Assembly: GCF_963921235.1 (NCBI RefSeq)
Contig: NC_086107.1
Coordinates: 93,746,001-93,810,000, forward strand
DNA length: 64,000 bases
Direction: 5' to 3'
Source of the DNA: Mobula hypostoma
Taxonomy: Eukaryota
This document shows, piece by piece, positions 62,624 to 64,000 of the stretch. The notes under the pieces are model-generated. The model was not told the origin of the DNA. It saw only the letters and a program-made list of their open reading frames with translations, and did not search any database. The position numbers and the translations under genes are program-made. Every line of letters begins with the position of its first letter. Position 1 is the first letter of the stretch.

Positions 62624-62734
62624 TTGAGTCCTGAGGAAGGGTCTCAGCCCTTCTTGACTGCTTGTTCATTTCCACGGATACGACCTGACCTGCTGACTTC
62701 CTCCAACAATCTTTATTTATTTTGATCTACTGAA

Positions 62735-62970
62735 GTACAACGCAGAGTAGGCCCTTGAGCCGTGCCACCCGGCAACACCCGAATTAACGCTAGCCTAATC
62801 ACGGGACAATTCACAATGACCAATTAACCTACCAACTGGTACGTCTTTGGACTGCAGCAGGGAACCGGGGCACCCGGAGGTGATGGGGAGAACGTACAAA
62901 CTCCTTACAGACAGCAGAGGGAGTGGATCACTGGAACTGTAAAGCGCCGTGCTAACCACTACGCCACCAT
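62735..62970 (-). mobile_element. V-SINE (HE1-like)
   Basis: gaaccggggcacccggagg..ggagaacgtacaaactccttacagac..gctaaccactacgccacc. Confidence 0.7.
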
Positions 62971-63519
62971 GTGTGTCGATTTGGATTTCCAGCATCTACA
63001 GAATTTCTGGTGTGTACAAATTTAGAAAGCAGTGCAAAAAGAGAGCCAAAAGATAGTGAGCTGGCGTCAGAAATCCAACGGTGAGGGGAAGAAGCTGTTC
63101 GTAAAACATTGAGTGTGTGTTTCTCCTTCCTGTTGGTAGTAACTAGAAGAGAAGATTTCTAATACAAGGTTAAGGTTTTTTTTAAGAATGTATTTGACCT
63201 CATCCTCTGGGTGTGGAGACTGATTCTGTCCTTAGGATCTGAAAAAGAGAAGGCAAGTGCAATAGAACCAATCCTGTGATGACACCTGTACACCCCTGCC
63301 ACATGTCAGGACCATATTAGGGGAAAGAAGAAAATTACAAAATAAGAGACAAACCGGAGGTCACCTGAAATCTATAAACAACTGAGGTCCAAATTGAAAA
63401 GCATCAAAAATCTTCCCCTTTGCCTCAGGATGTGAGGCCGGCCAGATCACCAGACACCTGGGGAGCTGTGAAGTATCAGTCTCCAAAAGTCCCGTATCCA
63501 GCACTTTGGAGAAAAGCGT

Positions 63520-64000
63520 CTGTTACATTATTGGCTAGAAGGGCTATTTTATTAAAATGGAAAGATGCTTCTGCTCCCACTTTGATACAATGATTCTCTC
63601 AGGTGATGTTATGTCTTAGTTTGGAGAAAATCAGGTCGAACTTTTGATCCTCAATTTGACTTTGAGAAAAGGTGGGGCTCTTTTGCCCGCTACTATCATT
63701 TGATTTGAGTTAATTAAGATGGTCCCCTTCTGATTCTTGGGTAAATGGATTTGGTTGGCGGATTGACGTCTTTCTTTTATGGAAGCTTGTATGGCGGATA
63801 GCTCCGGGTTTGTGCTCCAAACTTTTTTTTCTCTTTTTTTTGTTAGCAGGGTTTCTTTTTTGTTTTAGTTAGCAAGAGTTTTTTTTCCTTCATTCTTTTT
63901 TCCAAAAAAAATAACTTTAACATTTTGTTTTTTCTTATAATTATTATTATTATTATTATTGATATACTGTTTAGCTTGGCTAATAGTTTGACTCTTAATA
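63520..64000 (+). mobile_element. L1-clade 3' end, running off the window
   Basis: LLKWKDASAPTL..LSLEKIR..FEKRWG, followed by a T-rich 3' UTR. Confidence 0.6.

Overview
This window is non-genic, repeat-dominated eukaryotic DNA. The repeat landscape (abundant CR1 LINEs, V-SINE/HE1-like SINEs, Penelope, Rex/Babar-type, L1, RTE, Nimb) points to a vertebrate, probably a cartilaginous fish; that is an inference. I found no host protein-coding exon I can support, and all long ORFs are decayed retroelement ORFs or simple-repeat artefacts. It holds two long tandem CR1 copies with SGNH-esterase ORF1 and APE-RT ORF2 (about 4.5-11.8 kb), many shorter CR1, L1, Rex and RTE fragments, a Penelope RT/GIY-YIG element, an RNase H-bearing I/Nimb-clade LINE, Tc1 and hAT remnants, a solo LTR, SINEs and satellites. 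The most interesting signals are: (1) a dispersed Penelope-derived family with a minimal type I hammerhead ribozyme core (CTGANGA...GAAACGTC), about 15 copies; (2) a composite Tc1-type element in 8 copies, in which two ~70-bp TIR-TIR hairpin mini-MITEs bracket a captured cargo; (3) a 33-bp minisatellite that arose inside one of those copies; (4) a Tc1 > Nimb > Penelope nest with readable target duplications; (5) several repeat-free islands rich in homeodomain, octamer and RFX motifs that may be conserved enhancers. Family names come from recognising motifs by eye, not from database searches. Boundaries are approximate unless a TSD is quoted.
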